Source of the DNA: Eledone cirrhosa
Taxonomy: Eukaryota
DNA: 64,000 bases
Assembly: GCA_964016885.1 (NCBI GenBank)
Contig: CAXHJY010001485.1
Location: 27,805 to 91,804 of the forward strand
Reading direction: 5' to 3'
The translations under genes and the position numbers were made by a program. Numbering within the stretch: position 1 is the stretch's first letter; every line of letters begins with the position of its first letter. Below are positions 1 to 14,063 of the stretch, one piece after another. Under the pieces are notes generated by a model. That model was not told where the DNA came from and did no database searches. It was given only the letters and a program-made list of their open reading frames with translations.

Positions 1-186
1 CATTAGGTGAAAACCTGCAATTTTCCTGCTTCATCGAGTAAAATCTTAAAGATTATCCAGCCATCAGAGTATTTGGTTTATTTTCTTTACATATTGTCCA
101 AGCATGCAGTTTTTCCACGATTAGGTCTGTTGGCGGCCCGCGTTCCAAAATACCTTATCCCGTGCAACGCCGAGTACCACTGCTAG
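1..186 (+). mobile_element. 3' end of a non-autonomous Helitron (same family as 58663-59699)
   Basis: Ends ccCGTGCAACGCCGAGtaccactgCTAG|T: GC-rich subterminal hairpin, CTRR end, then T. Near-identical to the reverse complement of 58663-58845. Confidence 0.75.
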
Positions 187-439
187 TATATCATAAAATG
201 GAGAATTGCGGATGTGATAGCTAGTGCCAGTGTATGATAAACGATATCTATATCCCCACCCCTCAACATAAAGAAAGACTCTCAGAATTTAAACTATTTT
301 ATTTAAAACATATCCCCCCCCCCCCCCATTAGTTTCCTTACATTTATAAGATCACTGCAACTTCCTTTATAGACTTCCTTGAAGAATGTTTTACATGAAT
401 ATTATCAAAGACTTAAGGGGCTTCCAAACAGTTTCTGAC

Positions 440-570
440 CACTCAGTTTCACTTACAAGGTCGACTCGAAGCATTGGTAAATAATATTGGCCCAACATAG
501 CACGTATTAGGATCGAACCCTGACCTTAATGATTGCGGGGTGAACCTCTTAACCATTAACTCACTCCACA
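440..570 (-). mobile_element. Degenerate tRNA-derived SINE head
   Basis: Reverse complement has A-box-like aatggttaagagg and B-box-like ggttcgatcc. Confidence 0.4.
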
Positions 571-1266
571 AGTCTATAACATATATCTATATTATTATAA
601 ATGTGTTTTCATGTCTGTGTACATATGCGTGCTCGTGTGTGCACGTGTGAATGTGTGCAAGGGCGTGTGCTTCTCTCTATATATGTATGTATAAGTTATA
701 CTTTTTATCTATGTGCTTGTGTATACACACGTGTGTGTTTGTATTTGTCTCTGTGATTGTATTTATGTTTGTGTATTAGTGTGTACTGTTGTATATTGTT
801 TGTGCACTGTTTACATAAGCGTCTTCCATGTGCACATATCTGCACTTCCTGTGAGGATTGTGTTCAGCCATTCACCTGTAATGATGTCCACAACCAATAA
901 GAGCAGCTGCATTTCTTAATTTACATACGTCAACATTTTCAGAATCGTTTAAGCCACTCTAATGTTGAGTGTTGAAATAACTGAGGCTTGTTACTAACCA
1001 AACTATAGATTCAACAAACATCTGAGCTAAAGATCAGATGTGAAGTTTGTACAAATAATAGGGTGTGTGTGTGTGTGGGGGGGGGATCGGTAAGTTTTCT
1101 AGGTTGCCTCCGTCGACATTTAAAAAAAAAATGAAATGTGTAAGAAATACTTATTTTGTAATGGAAAGTTACACACACACATACATACATATACATACAT
1201 ATACATATATACATACATATACATACATATACATACATATACATACATACATACATATACATACAT

Positions 1267-1349
<83 letters not shown>

Positions 1350-1353
<4 letters not shown>

Positions 1354-1702
1354 ATATTAACAAATGGAAACTATATTTATAAAACCATATTTATTTTATT
1401 ATACATATTTCAAGGCCCACCAAGGCAAATTATGGTGCGCTTTTATCAGATAAAATATAATATAGATTAGTTTTATAAATAAATATTGACATACCCTGAA
1501 AAAAGACAACATTAACGGTTGGAGCTTCCTGGATAGTGGTGGCCCTTGAAATATGTATAATGAAATAAATATGGTTTTATAAATATAGTTTCCATTTGTT
1601 AATATATTGTATATTTACTCCACTAAATTGTTGAGTGCTTTATATCAGTTATAAAACATTTTAAGCTTGTTGAATCCCAACAAATTAAATATAACCTCTG
1701 CA
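1350..1702. mobile_element. Family A Penelope-derived HHR insert, asymmetric fold-back
   Basis: Inverted arms about 1350-1420 and 1538-1610, then a ~90-nt tail to 1702. Flanked by (TA)n. Homologous to the 4591, 47912, 36345, 46253, 57910 and 63211 copies. Confidence 0.8.
1394..1455 (-). ncRNA. Type I hammerhead, core mutated (CUGAUAA)
   Basis: Reverse complement ttttat CTGATAA aagcgcacca..tggtgggcctt GAAA tatgtaTA ataaaa. G8A without a C3 change, so probably inactive. Confidence 0.7.
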
Positions 1703-1708
1703 TATATG

Positions 1709-1748
<40 letters not shown>

Positions 1749-2309
1749 ATTGTTATGGGATGCTTAATTCGTCGCACCACTGATTCTCCGTTTCTTATGT
1801 GATGATATATATATCCTAGGGGTTTGGGTTGTGTATATAGTATGATAGACAAGGAGAAACATCAGCTAGGTTGACACTGTGAGAGAGTAGAGGAGCTTAA
1901 GACCATCATGGTGGTGGTGGAGAATGGAATGGACGAGTGGAATCAGTGGAGCGTCACTCTAGACGACCGACGATATATATATATATGTGTGTGTGTATAT
2001 ATATATATATATATGTGTGTGTGTCTGTGTGTGTATATATATATATGTGTGTGTGTCTGTGTGTGTATATATATATATGTGTGTGTGTCTGTGTGTGTGT
2101 ATATATATATGTGTGTGTGTATATATATATATATGTGTGTGTGTGCGTATATATGTGTGTGTGTGTGCGTATATATGTGTGTGTGTATATATATGTGTGT
2201 GTGTATATATATATATATATATGTGTGTGTGTATATATATATATATGTGTGTGTGTGTATATATATGTATGTGTGTGTATATATATATATGTGTATATGT
2301 GTGTGTGTG

Positions 2310-2446
<137 letters not shown>

Positions 2447-2491
2447 ATATGTATGTATATGTGTGTGTGTGTACATATAAATATATATATA

Positions 2492-2586
2492 CTGGGTGTC
2501 CCAAAAATGTATACACACTTTACCTGTACAGGCAATATTTATTAGAATATTGTTGAAGTATGCATACATTGTTTTGGGACAGCCTG
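2492..2586. mobile_element. Tc1/mariner-type MITE
   Basis: Imperfect TIRs ctgggtgtcccaaaaatgtatacacactt / aagtatgcatacattgttttgggacagcctg, flanked by TA. Confidence 0.65.
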
Positions 2587-3043
2587 TATATTCCTAATCA
2601 GCCTCTGAAGTTTCCAGCCAGGATACTCCGAGTTCCTGTAGACACATATATTATGTTTACCTTAGACACATCATCTCAGGTATTTTCTGTGACATTACTT
2701 TGATAAAGATACTGAATCAGAATGTGTTACCCAGCTTAAAACTACAACATGACTTTTAGGGGCTTTATCAGGATAGGTCTCCTGTCTTGAGGATATCTTT
2801 CTACTTCTCTCTGTCTCGGAGAACCCTGAAGAGGGTCGTGGGGCTGCCCTTCCCCTCCATCTCATTAAACAGAAAAATTATAAACAAAAAATGCAACTAC
2901 CACTTATAATATCAATAATAAGAACCGACACCACCAACAACAACAAAAGGAGGTCCACCACCACCACCACCACCATTACCACCACCACTACTACTACTAC
3001 CACCACCACTACCACTACTACCACCACCACCACCACCACCACC

Positions 3044-3099
3044 ACTGCCTGATGAGGTCATAGCCATTCAATGGCTATCATCGAAATATATATAGCAGT
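3044..3099 (+). ncRNA. Type I hammerhead ribozyme
   Basis: actgc CTGATGA ggtCatagccat tca atggctatCatc GAAA tatataTA gcagt: 5-bp helix I, long helix II, palindromic helix III. Confidence 0.85.
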
Positions 3100-3154
3100 A
3101 AATAAAGGATTATGAGTTCATGCAATTGACTTATGTTTCGTCACCATATATATA

Positions 3155-3213
<59 letters not shown>

Positions 3214-3215
<2 letters not shown>

Positions 3216-3334
3216 TATCTCCTCCGAATGAAACAGTTCTAGTCCTGTAGAAGCCATTTCTATATTAAACATTTATACTCTGCTATTTATTGAGTACCTT
3301 ACTGTGGTTACCTGTGACTGAACCGGGGATAAAC
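3214..3334 (+). mobile_element. Family B Penelope-derived insert (3' half of HHR + tail)
   Basis: gaatGAAAcagttctagtcctgTAgaagc plus tail tactc..ttgagtacc. Homologous to the 13852, 16172, 22299, 38807 and 42914 copies. Confidence 0.7.
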
Positions 3335-3847
3335 ATATATGTGTGTAGCAATCAATACATGATATTGAAATGGTAATTGGAAGTCTATCAACAGTGTAAC
3401 TTATTTCTACTTTACCAGAGGTTTAGCCTACACACGTCCAGATTCCTACACACCTGTATCAGGTAATAACTGTGATGTATGTTTACCTGTATTCCTCTCT
3501 ATGTATCAATGAGTTTCTGTTGCTATGGATGTCTATCAGGTAATGTGATATATCTATACAGGTATACGATACACCTGAGCATGGCTGTGTTAGGTATAGT
3601 GTGTGTGTGTGCGTGTATGTACGTGTGTATATATGTATGTGGGTGTATATACATGTGTGTGTGCTTTGCGCATGGGTGAGTGTTGAGTGAGTGTGTGTGT
3701 GTGTATGTATATTTATATGTATGCATATCTGCGTGTGTGTATGTGCATATACGTATGTGTGTGTGTGCATGTGAGAATGTGGTAGGTGCAACACGTCTTT
3801 ATAACACATCTATGTAATACAGGTGTGTTAAGGCAGGTTAGACCTAC

Positions 3848-4003
3848 CGGTGATACAGGTAAATAGTTGGGGCAGAGGGATGTGGGTAGAGGGGCGGGAG
3901 GTAATATGGTGAGTGGGAGAATTGGTGAAGGGGTATGACTGGGATGTGTCGGAGAGGGGTCTCCTGTGAGAACGGGACCAGAGTTCTTAAATACTCAGGC
4001 AGA
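3848..4003 (-). CDS. Candidate coding exon of an unidentified host gene
   Basis: AG|..|GTAGGT boundaries, 156 nt, phase 2-2, only one frame open (LPEYLRTLVPFSQETPLRHIPVIPLHQFSHSPYYLPPLYPHPSAPTIYLYH). No homology recognised. Confidence 0.3.
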
Positions 4004-4054
4004 CTACATACGCACACATATACATATATACATAAATACACACACACACATATA

Positions 4055-4262
4055 GTAAGGAACCAGGTGGACCATAACGCACCAAAGTACTCAATACTTA
4101 GGGTAGTAGTGTGGGTAATAGGAACGAGTAGGACCCCGACGGCAGAGCTCAAGCCGTTTCGACGGCTAATTCTGGACAGAATTAGCCGTTTCGACGGCTA
4201 ATTCTGAACAGAATTAGCCGTCGAATCGGCTTGAGCTCAGCCGTCGGGATCCTACTCGTTCC
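4055..4262. mobile_element. Family C fold-back insert with HHR 3' half
   Basis: Palindrome ggaacgagtaggaccccgacggc..gccgtcgggatcctactcgttcc with an internal duplication. Tail on the left arm. Confidence 0.75.
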
Positions 4263-4482
4263 TATATATATATATATATATATTATTTGTTTGACCCGAA
4301 TTACTTGGTCGTTTCTATGGCTGTGCGGATAATGGTTTAACCATCGTCTCAGTGTGTTTGGCCTTTTAACTTATCTTGTAAGCTCTAGTTCACTAGCTTC
4401 TATGGAGCGCTTGCCACACATCTCGGAAGTTGTTTTTCGCTAATTTCCAATAGCCGAAATCCGATTCTCGCTAATTTATATT

Positions 4483-4517
<35 letters not shown>

Positions 4518-4590
4518 ATATATGCACACATACACATATATATATATTTATATATATATACATACATACACACACACATATACACATATA

Positions 4591-4822
4591 TGCAGAGGTT
4601 ATATTTAATTTGTTGGGATTCAACAAGCTTAAAAAATGACTATCCAGGAAGCTCCAACCGTTAAGGTTGTCTTTTTTTCCGGGTATGTCAATATTTATTT
4701 ATAAAACAAATCTGTATTTTATCTGATGAAAGCGCACCATAATTTGCCTTGGTTGCCCTTGAAATATATATAATAAAATAAATATGGTTTTATAAATATA
4801 GTTTCCATTTATTAATATATTG
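4591..4822. mobile_element. Family A insert: inverted tail tip joined to a + strand HHR arm
   Basis: 4591-4636 is the reverse complement of the family A tail end; 4637-4822 is the HHR-bearing arm ending aatatattg|(TA)n. Confidence 0.75.
4715..4780 (+). ncRNA. Type I hammerhead ribozyme (family A)
   Basis: tattttat CTGATGA aagCgcacca taatttgcct tggttgcCctt GAAA tatataTA ataaaata. Confidence 0.88.
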
Positions 4823-4921
4823 TATATATATATATATATATACATACACACATATATATATACATACATACACACACATATATATATGTATATATACATA
4901 CACACACACATATATATCCAT

Positions 4922-4952
<31 letters not shown>

Positions 4953-5405
4953 CATGCATACACATACACACACACACGTATTGTATGTGAGTCAGTGAAT
5001 TACTGGTGGTGGAACCTAAATACACTCAATACACAGGTACAGTGTATATATTAAGAATATTGCATGTATTCAGTGTTTTTTAATGTGTTACGCGTGTTTC
5101 GCAGAAGATTGGCTCAGTCTCTCTCTCTCTTTGTGTCTGTGTGTCTGTGTGTATGTAGTTACCATACATTCATCTAGAATTGGTCACTTTGGACATTTCT
5201 TACCACCCCCTGCCCCCTTTTACCCTCTTTTGAAATATATTTCTGTTAACTCTAATTACTTTTATTCCTCACATTTACAACTCAACTGATTAAATGTTAT
5301 TTTTGGCCAATCACTTTATATACACTTAACTGTGTAGTGTTCATGCCGAAGACAGCCCTCAGAAATGTACCAGCGTCCTTATTTGAATTTGTCAAGACTA
5401 TAGAT

Positions 5406-5653
5406 CAGTGTTTCTCAACCGGTGTCCCGCAAGAGGTCGCTAGGGGTTTATTAATCAGTACAACATCTCAGTATAGATCAGCCTTTCTCAACCGGTGTAC
5501 CCCGGAACCATAAGGTTCCGCCAGAAACACTGATAAATAATCTAACACGTTTTAATATTAATAATGGTATATAATAATTTTTATGCATGGGTTCCCTGAG
5601 ACATGGAAACTATTTCAAGGGTCCCGCAAGGGTAAAAAGGTTGAGAAACGATG
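5406..5653. mobile_element. hAT (Charlie-like) MITE
   Basis: TIRs cagtgtttctcaacc / ggttgagaaacgatg, near-TSD ctatagat/ctatatac, and an internal second left end at about 5479. Confidence 0.65.
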
Positions 5654-5859
5654 CTATATACATTAGTCGCTCTCTGTGAGTGAAAATTACTTCGCAGAAG
5701 AGGACAAATGAGACCGAAATATGTCAGAAGTTGTCACAGTGGGTGTCAAAAACCAGATTCTGTCACAACCCAGAATATGTTCAGGTGAAATTAAGAGTTA
5801 TCTCTAGACCTGGCAGTGCCCATCCCTCTCCAGTCCAGGTGGGAACACAACTGAGAGAG

Positions 5860-5911
<52 letters not shown>

Positions 5912-6164
5912 AAGAATCGACCCCTGAAATTAATCGATCTCGTACAGACCCCCCACAATATTGGAAAGAATTTAATTCTAATCAACTTTGTAAAGATTCT
6001 TGTCGATATGTATCTATTAATCGCTCTACTTTCTACTGTAGAGACAGACACAAATTAATGAGAGGGAGAGAGAGAGAGAGGAGAGGGAGAGAGGGGAAGT
6101 AAGAAGGCGAGAGAGACAAAAAACAGAAGACATATATAGTCAGGCAGACAGATCTCATAGGTAG

Positions 6165-6530
6165 ATAGATAGATAGTTAACTAGGTATATATAGAGAGAG
6201 TGAGAGAGAGGAGGAGTGAGAGAGTGAGAGAGAGGGGGAGTGAGAGAGAGATAGATAACTAGCTAGGTATATATAGAGAGTGAGAGAGAGGGGGAGTGAG
6301 GGAGATAGATAACTAGCTAGGTATATATAGAGAGAGTGAGAGAGAGGAGGAATGAGAGAGATAGATAATTAGCTAGGTATATATAGAGGAGGAGTGAGAG
6401 AGATAGATAACTAGCTAGGTATATATAGAGGAGGAGTGAGAGAGATAGATAACTAGCTAGGTAAATATATAGAGTGAGAGAGAGGGGGAGTGAGAGAGAG
6501 TTAACTAGCTAGGTATATATAGAGTGAGAG
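6165..6530. repeat. Degenerate 35-45 bp tandem repeat
   Basis: Recurrent gagatagataactagctaggtatatatagag units. Confidence 0.75.
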
Positions 6531-6652
6531 AGAGTTCGATTGCTAAAAAGAGAGGAGTCGGAGGAGGAGGTATGTGAGAGAGTTGGAGGTTAAAGAGATT
6601 CTTGTTTGATCCTCCTCATATTATACAGGAAGTGACTTATTACTAACATGCA

Positions 6653-6780
<128 letters not shown>

Positions 6781-6806
6781 TGTATATATATATATATATA
6801 TATATA

Positions 6807-6884
<78 letters not shown>

Positions 6885-6951
6885 TGTATATATATATATA
6901 GATGTACATATATATATACATGTATATATATATATATATATACATGTATAT

Positions 6952-6991
<40 letters not shown>

Positions 6992-7073
6992 ATATATATA
7001 TACACACATGTATATATATATACATGTATATATATATATATATACATGTGTGTATATATATATATATAGATGT

Positions 7074-7127
<54 letters not shown>

Positions 7128-7133
7128 AGATGT

Positions 7134-7165
<32 letters not shown>

Positions 7166-7167
7166 AT

Positions 7168-7206
<39 letters not shown>

Positions 7207-7699
7207 TGTATATATATATATATATACATGTATATATATATATATATATATACATGTAAATATATATATATATATATATATGTATATGTATATATATATA
7301 CACAGTGGTATTTCAGATGTGTTTATACACTACATACACCTATGTACACACACCCAGTTGCACCCATAGCCAATCACACACACACACACACACGTGTGTG
7401 TGTGTGTGATTGGCTATGGGTGCAACTGTTCGCACATCTAGACACACATACACCCCCACACATGCACCCCACCACACACACGTACCCCCCATCCTCACAC
7501 ATGTACCCCCCCTCCCCACCCTCATCCTACCCTGTGTAAAAGTAGGTTACCAGACACAGCCGAGTAGCGAGTCGGAATACAGAGCATTCTCTCTGCTGAT
7601 GTAGTAGTAGTAGTAGTAGTGGTAATAGTAGTAGTAGAAGTAGTTTTTATTGTTGTAGTAGGGGCGGTATTGTTGGTGGTATCATTACTGATGGTAGTG

Positions 7700-10600
7700 G
7701 TTGTGGTACTGGTGGTGCTAGTGGTTGTGAGGCTGTGAGATGTGGTTGGTTGTGGTGGTGGTTGTGGTACTGGTGGTGCTAGTGGTTGTGAGGCTGTGAG
7801 ATGTGGTTGGTTGTGGTGGTGGTTGTGGTACTGGTGGTGCTAGTGGTTGTGAGGCTGTGAGATGTGGTTGGTTGTGGTGGTGGTTGTGGTACTGGTGGTG
7901 CTAGTGGTTGTGAGGCTGTGAGATGTGGTTGGTTGTGGTGGTGGTTGTGGTACTGGTGGTGCTAGTGGTTGTGAGGCTGTGAGATGTGGTTGGTTGTGGT
8001 GGTGGTTGTGGTACTGGTGGTGCTAGTGGTTGTGAGGCTGTGAGATGTGGTTGGTTGTGGTGGTGGTTGTGGTACTGGTGGTGCTAGTGGTTGTGAGGCT
8101 GTGAGATGTGGTTGGTTGTGGTGGTGGTTGTGGTACTGGTGGTGCTAGTGGTTGTGAGGCTGTGAGATGTGGTTGGTTGTGGTGGTGGTTGTGGTACTGG
8201 TGGTGCTAGTGGTTGTGAGGCTGTGAGATGTGGTTGGTTGTGGTGGTGGTTGTGGTACTGGTGGTGCTAGTGGTTGTGAGGCTGTGAGATGTGGTTGGTT
8301 GTGGTGGTGGTTGTGGTACTGGTGGTGCTAGTGGTTGTGAGGCTGTGAGATGTGGCTGGTTGTGGTACTGGTGGTGCTAGTGGTTGTGAGGCTGTGAGAT
8401 GTGGTTGGTTGTGGTTGTGGTACTGGTGGTGCTAGTGGTTGTGAGGCTGTGAGATGTGGTTAGTTGTGGTGGTGGTTGTGGTACTGGTGGTGCTAGTGGT
8501 TGTGAGGCTGTGAGATGTGGTTGGTTGTGGTGGTGGTTGTGGTACTGGTGGTGCTAGTGGTTGTGAGGCTGTGAGATGTGGTTGGTTGTGGTGGTGGTTG
8601 TGGTACTGGCGGTGCTAGTGGTTGTGAGGCTGTGAGATGTGGTTGGTTGTGGTGGTGGTTGTGGTACTGGTGGTGCTAGTGGTTGTGAGGCTGTGAGATG
8701 TGGTTGGTTGTGGTGGTGGTTGTGGTACTGGTGGTGCTAGTGGTTGTGAGGCTGTGAGATGTGGTTGGTTGTGGTGGTGGTTGTGGTACTGGTGGTGCTA
8801 GTGGTTGTGAGGCTGTGAGATGTGGTTGGTTGTGGTGGTGGTTGTGGTACTGGTGGTGCTAGTGGTTGTGAGGCTGTGAGATGTGGTTGGTTGTGGTGGT
8901 GGTTGTGGTACTGGTGGTGCTAGTGGTTGTGAGGCTGTGAGATGTGGTTGGTTGTGGTGGTGGTTGTGGTACTGGTGGTGCTAGTGGTTGTGAGGCTGTG
9001 AGATGTGGCTGGTTGTGGTAGTGGTTGTGGTACTGGTGGTGCTAGTGGTTGTGAGGCTGTGAGATGTGGTTGGTTGTGGTGGTGGTTGTGGTACTGGTGG
9101 TGCTAGTGGTTGTGAGGCTGTGAGATGTGGTTGGTTGTGGTTGTGGTACTGGTGGTGCTAGTGGTTGTGAGGCTGTGAGATGTGGTTGGTTGTGGTGGTG
9201 GTTGTGGTACTGGTGGTGCTAGTGGTTGTGAGGCTGTGAGATGTGGTTGGTTGTGGTTGTGGTACTGGTGGTGCTAGTGGTTGTGAGGCTGTGAGATGTG
9301 GTTGGTTGTGGTGGTGGTTGTGGTACTGGTGGTGCTAGTGGTTGTGAGGCTGTGAGATGTGGTTGGTTGTGGTTGTGGTACTGGTGGTGCTAGTGGTTGT
9401 GAGATGTGGTTGGTTGTGGTTGTGGTACTGGTGGTGCTAGTGGTTGTGAGGCTGTGAGATGTGGTTGGTTGTGGTTGTGGTACTGGTGGTGCTAGTGGTT
9501 GTGAGGCTGTGAGATGTGGTTGGTTGTGGTTGTGGTACTGGTGGTGCTAGTGGTTGTGAGGCTGTGAGATGTGGTTGGTTGTGGTGGTGGTTGTGGTACT
9601 GGTGGTGCTAGTGGTTGTGAGGCTGTGAGATGTGGTTGGTTGTGGTTGTGGTACTGGTGGTGCTAGTGGTTGTGAGGCTGTGAGATGTGGTTGGTTGTGG
9701 TTGTGGTACTGGTGGTGCTAGTGGTTGTGAGGCTGTGAGATGTGGCTGGTTGTGGTAGTGGTTGTGGTACTGGTGGTGCTAGTGGTTGTGAGGCTGTGAG
9801 ATGTGGCTGGTTGTGGTAGTGGTTGTGGTACTGGTGGTGCTAGTGGTTGTGAGGCTGTGAGATGTGGTTGGTTGTGGTTGTGGTACTGGTGGTGCTAGTG
9901 GTTGTGAGGCTGTGAGATGTGGCTGGTTGTGGTAGTGGTTGTGGTACTGGTGGTGCTAGTGGTTGTGAGGCTGTGAGATGTGGTTGGTTGTGGTGGTGGT
10001 TGTGGTACTGGTGGTGCTAGTGGTTGTGAGGCTGTGAGATGTGGTTGGTTGTGGTGGTGGTTGTGGTACTGGTGGTGCTAGTGGTTGTGAGGCTGTGAGA
10101 TGTGGTTGGTTGTGGTGGTGGTTGTGGTACTGGTGGTGCTAGTGGTTGTGAGGTCGTGAGATGTGGTTGGTTGTGGTGGTGGTTGTGGTACTGGTGGTGC
10201 TAGTGGTTGTGAGGTTGTGAGATGTGGTTGGTTGTGGTGGTGGTTGTGGTACTGGTGGTGCTAGTGGTTGTGAGGCTGTGAGATGTGGTTGGTTGTGGTG
10301 GTGGTTGTGGTACTGGTGGTGCTAGTGGTTGTGAGGCTGTGAGATGTGGCTAGTTGTGGTGGTGGTTGTGGTACTGGTGGTGCTAGTAGTTGTGAGGCTG
10401 TGAGATGTGGTTGGTTGTGGTGGTGGTTGTGGTACTGGTGGTGCTAGTGGTTGTGAGGCTGTGAGATGTGGTTGGTTGTGGTGGTGGTTGTGGTACTGGT
10501 GGTGCTAGTAGTTGTGAGGCTGTGAGATGTGGTTGGTTGTGGTGGTGGTTGTGGTACTGGTGGTGCTAGTGGTTGTGAGGCTGTGAGATGTGGTTGGTTG

Positions 10601-11617
10601 TGGTGGTGGTTGTGGTACTGGTGGTGCTAGTAGTTGTGAGGCTGTGAGATGTGGTTGGTTGTGGTGGTGGTTGTGGTACTGGTGGTGCTAGTGGTTGTGA
10701 GGCTATGAGATGTGGTTGGTTGTGGTGGTGGTTGTGGTACTGGTGGTGCTAGTAGTTGTGAGGCTGTGAGATGTGGTTGGTTGTGGTGGTGGTTGTGGTA
10801 CTGGTGGTGCTAGTGGTTGTGAGGCTGTGAGATGTGGCTGGTTGTGGTGATGGTTGTGCTACTGGTGGTGCTAGTGGTTGTGAGGCTGTGAGATGTGGCT
10901 AGTTGTGGTGGTGGTTGTGGTACTGGTGGTGCTAGTGGTTGTGAGGCTGTGAGATGTGGTTGGTTGTGGTGGTGGTTGTGGTACTGGTGGTGCTAGTAGT
11001 TGTGAGGCTGTGAGATGTGGCTGGTTGTGGTGATGGTTGTGGTACTGGTGGTGCTAGTGGTTGTGAGGCTGTGAGATGTGGTTGGTTGTGGTGGTGGTTG
11101 TGCTACTGGTGGTGCTAGTAGTTGTGAGGCTGTGAGATGTGGTTGGTTGTGGTGGTGGTTGTGCTACTGGTGGTGCTAGTGGTTGTGAGGCTGTGAGATG
11201 TGGCTGGTTGTGGTACTGGTGGTGCTACTGGTGGTGCTTGTAGTTGTGAGGCTGTGAGATGTGGTTGGTTGTGGTGGTGGTTGTGGTACTGGTGGTGCTA
11301 GTGGTTGTGAGGTTGTGAGATGTGGTTGGTTGTGGTGATGGTTGTGCTACTGGTGGTGCTAGTAGTTGTGAGGCTGTGAGATGTGGTTGGTTGTGGTGGT
11401 GGTTGTGGTACTGGTGGTGCTAGTGGTTGTGAGGCTGTGAGATGTGGTTGGTTGTGGTTGTGGTACTGGTGGTGCTAGTGGTTGTGAGGCTGTGAGATGT
11501 GGTTGGTTGTGGTTGTGGTACTGGTGGTGCTAGTGGTTGTGAGGCTGTGAGATGTGGTTGGTGGTGGTTGTGGTACTGGTGGTGCTAGTGGTTGTGAGGC
11601 TGTGAGATGTGGTTGGT
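7700..11617. repeat. 61-bp GT-rich minisatellite (~3.9 kb)
   Basis: Unit ggtactggtggtgctagtggttgtgaggctgtgagatgtggttggttgtggtggtggttgt, with 55-bp and point variants. Confidence 0.97.
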
Positions 11618-12388
11618 TATTAGTAAATGAAGACATTATCTTGTGGTACTGATTGAGCCTGTTCAGTTCTTTTAGTTCTGCATTTTCCTTACCAATGTCT
11701 TCTCGCTTCACAAACGAGGGCGGAAATCCCAGTTCGGAACTATAGTATATTTTATTTAGAGTTGTGAGGTTAACCCCAACCCGATCAAACCTAAACAAAC
11801 GTATTATGAAAAGTGTTCAAACCGCGACCATTCTCGATTCACCACAGAATATCTAGTACTATATTATACAATGTTTTCCACACACAAATCACAGTCGTAG
11901 GTTTGACTACCATTTCTAGCAGATCACTTGAACAGGTCGAGATCGACAAACCTGCTACAGTGAAGTTGTTTGCAATGATTAAAATAATATTAGTCATTGC
12001 TTTCATGTTGTCTTTTCCTCATCACATATGTATTTCTAATTAAATATTTTATACTCATTACATGAATTAGTGTTTTCAGTCGACATCACTTGAGGACAAA
12101 ACACTCAACATTTCGTTTGTGGCCAACAACAGAGAGTGTCGTACATTTTTGTTCAATTGTGTAGCTGGGAGGGGGGGGGGGTCAGTCAACCACAGTCGAA
12201 GCTTTCATAGAAGCGGCACCTTATGAGGGTGTCAGTGTGAGAAGTCGGGGTGGGGCCAGCAAACACAAGGGCTACCCCGGATAGGCACATTTTAGCCACA
12301 CTACAGTTTGTGCCTCGCCGGTTACCCTTGTTTGCCCCAGAAAGCTATAAGCCTCCTTAAAGTCCTCCATTAGTTGTTAAATATATAA

Positions 12389-13211
12389 TCTAATATATAT
12401 TTGTGAAATGGGCGGTGGTTGAAATTCAGATGCGCACGGTTAAATGGTAGTAGACGTGGTCGGACGGACATGAAAATTTACACACCTATGTAAAAAGTGC
12501 CAAGGAAGCAAATAGACGAGGTTTCAAATCTCTAACTTGAAAAATGTGGTCCCTAGGGCCCCCAAACGGTCTATTTACTATCGCGTTCGGTGAGTTATTT
12601 TCCCCTCTTCTAATACTTGGCTGAGTTATTTACAATTTCATACAAATTTTTAAACTCATCAACGTTCTTTCGCTGTTAACATACAGTACCAATAATTTGA
12701 AAAATATTATTGAAAGTTTATTATAAAGAAGCAGTTTCAGGAAAAAGTGTAAACTATCATACAAACCTCCATAATATGCATTTTTAAACTTGCATATCAT
12801 CGACATTGTTATTTCGCTGTTAATAAACTATCATCCTTCTACATTTAACGATCATACAGTACCGTTTTATGAAATCGATTCTGCAGTACGGTCACTGTTT
12901 TCCATCAAAAGAAATAAAACCCTTAAATTGCGAAGAAGGGACGCGTGTTTTTATTTTAATTCTAATACGTTAACCACCACTAACAGTAAGTAGTATTTTT
13001 CAAATTGCATATCATCGGCATTGCTATTTCGCTGTTAATAAACAACGCTTTTCACGTCGCTCCACTTCTCATTGTACGCCATCCAGCCCCAAGTGCATAT
13101 TTCTATTTTTTTTCCTTGAAACTGCTTCTTTATAATAAACTTTCAATAATATTTTTCAAATTATTAACTTAATAAAAAGTGGCCCCGGGTGCAACCGGGC
13201 TCAGCTTCTAG
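12389..13211 (+). mobile_element. Non-autonomous Helitron
   Basis: A|TCTAATATATA start; ends gccccgggtgcaaccgggc tcagctt CTAG|T. Internal inverted repeat at about 12693-12746 / 13110-13163. Confidence 0.75.
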
Positions 13212-13396
13212 TATACTTTTAGTCAAGCGGAGTGGATTAGTAGAATCGTTAGAGCGTCGGTATTTATTGAGTTTCTTTACGTCCAGAATTCAAATAGCGG
13301 ATAAAATAAAGTATTATACGGGGGAATTATAGAGATGATATAGAAGAACGTCGGAAAGTTCTGGAAATCAAAATGGAGGCGGAATCAGACGATACA

Positions 13397-13628
13397 ATCC
13401 GACAGTCATCCATTCTGGAGGCTAACATCCAGTAATATCCGACAGTCATCCATTCTGGCGGTTGACATCCAATAATATCCGACAGTCATCCATTCTGGAG
13501 GCTGACATCCAGTAATATCCGACAGTCATCCGTTCTGGAGGCTAACATCCAGTAATATCCGACAGTCATCCATTCTGGAGGCTGACATCCAATAATATCC
13601 GACAGTCATCCATTTTGGAAGCTAACAT
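13397..13628. repeat. 40-bp tandem repeat, about 5.7 copies
   Basis: Unit atccgacagtcatccattctggaggctaacatccagtaat. Confidence 0.92.
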
Positions 13629-13851
13629 TTCTAGCCTTTAAATGATAAACAAACAGTAATAAAGCAATGATTATAGTCTAAGTTGTTAAAGTAGGTCTAT
13701 TGTAATAATAGGGTCTGGGTTTCTGTCTCATTGTTGAGAATTCCATTAGATTTCAGTTGGGACCAGGCACGGTTGTGAAACTCAGTTTCGAGTTCGATCC
13801 CATGTTAGGCATGTACCTTCTATCAAAACCTCCAGTTGATAAATATAATAT

Positions 13852-14024
13852 GTAGTTTCCCGAGTTGTGCCGGGAGGGGGTAACCACAGTTAAAAAAGCT
13901 ACTCAGTACATTGGTAGAGTATAGGCATCTTTATAATATATAGAAATGACTTCTACAGGACTAGAACTGTTTCATTCGTATGAAATGACCTAGTCTTCTA
14001 GAAGTCATTTCCATATATAACAAA

Positions 14025-14028
<4 letters not shown>
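13852..14028. mobile_element. Family B fold-back insert
   Basis: Long arm on - (HHR 3' half plus tail); short inverted arm ctagtcttctagaagtcatttccatatataacaaaga runs into (TA)n. Confidence 0.7.

Positions 14029-14063
<35 letters not shown>

Noticed and set aside
2826-2855. CTGAAGA followed by a stem
   Set aside because: No GAAA, helix III or helix I follows.
7700-11617. Mucin-like coding repeat or CRISPR array
   Set aside because: The 61-bp unit is not a multiple of 3 and contains TAG, and there are no unique spacers.
13397-13628. CRISPR-like 40-bp repeats
   Set aside because: Head-to-tail units without spacers, in a eukaryotic context with no cas genes.
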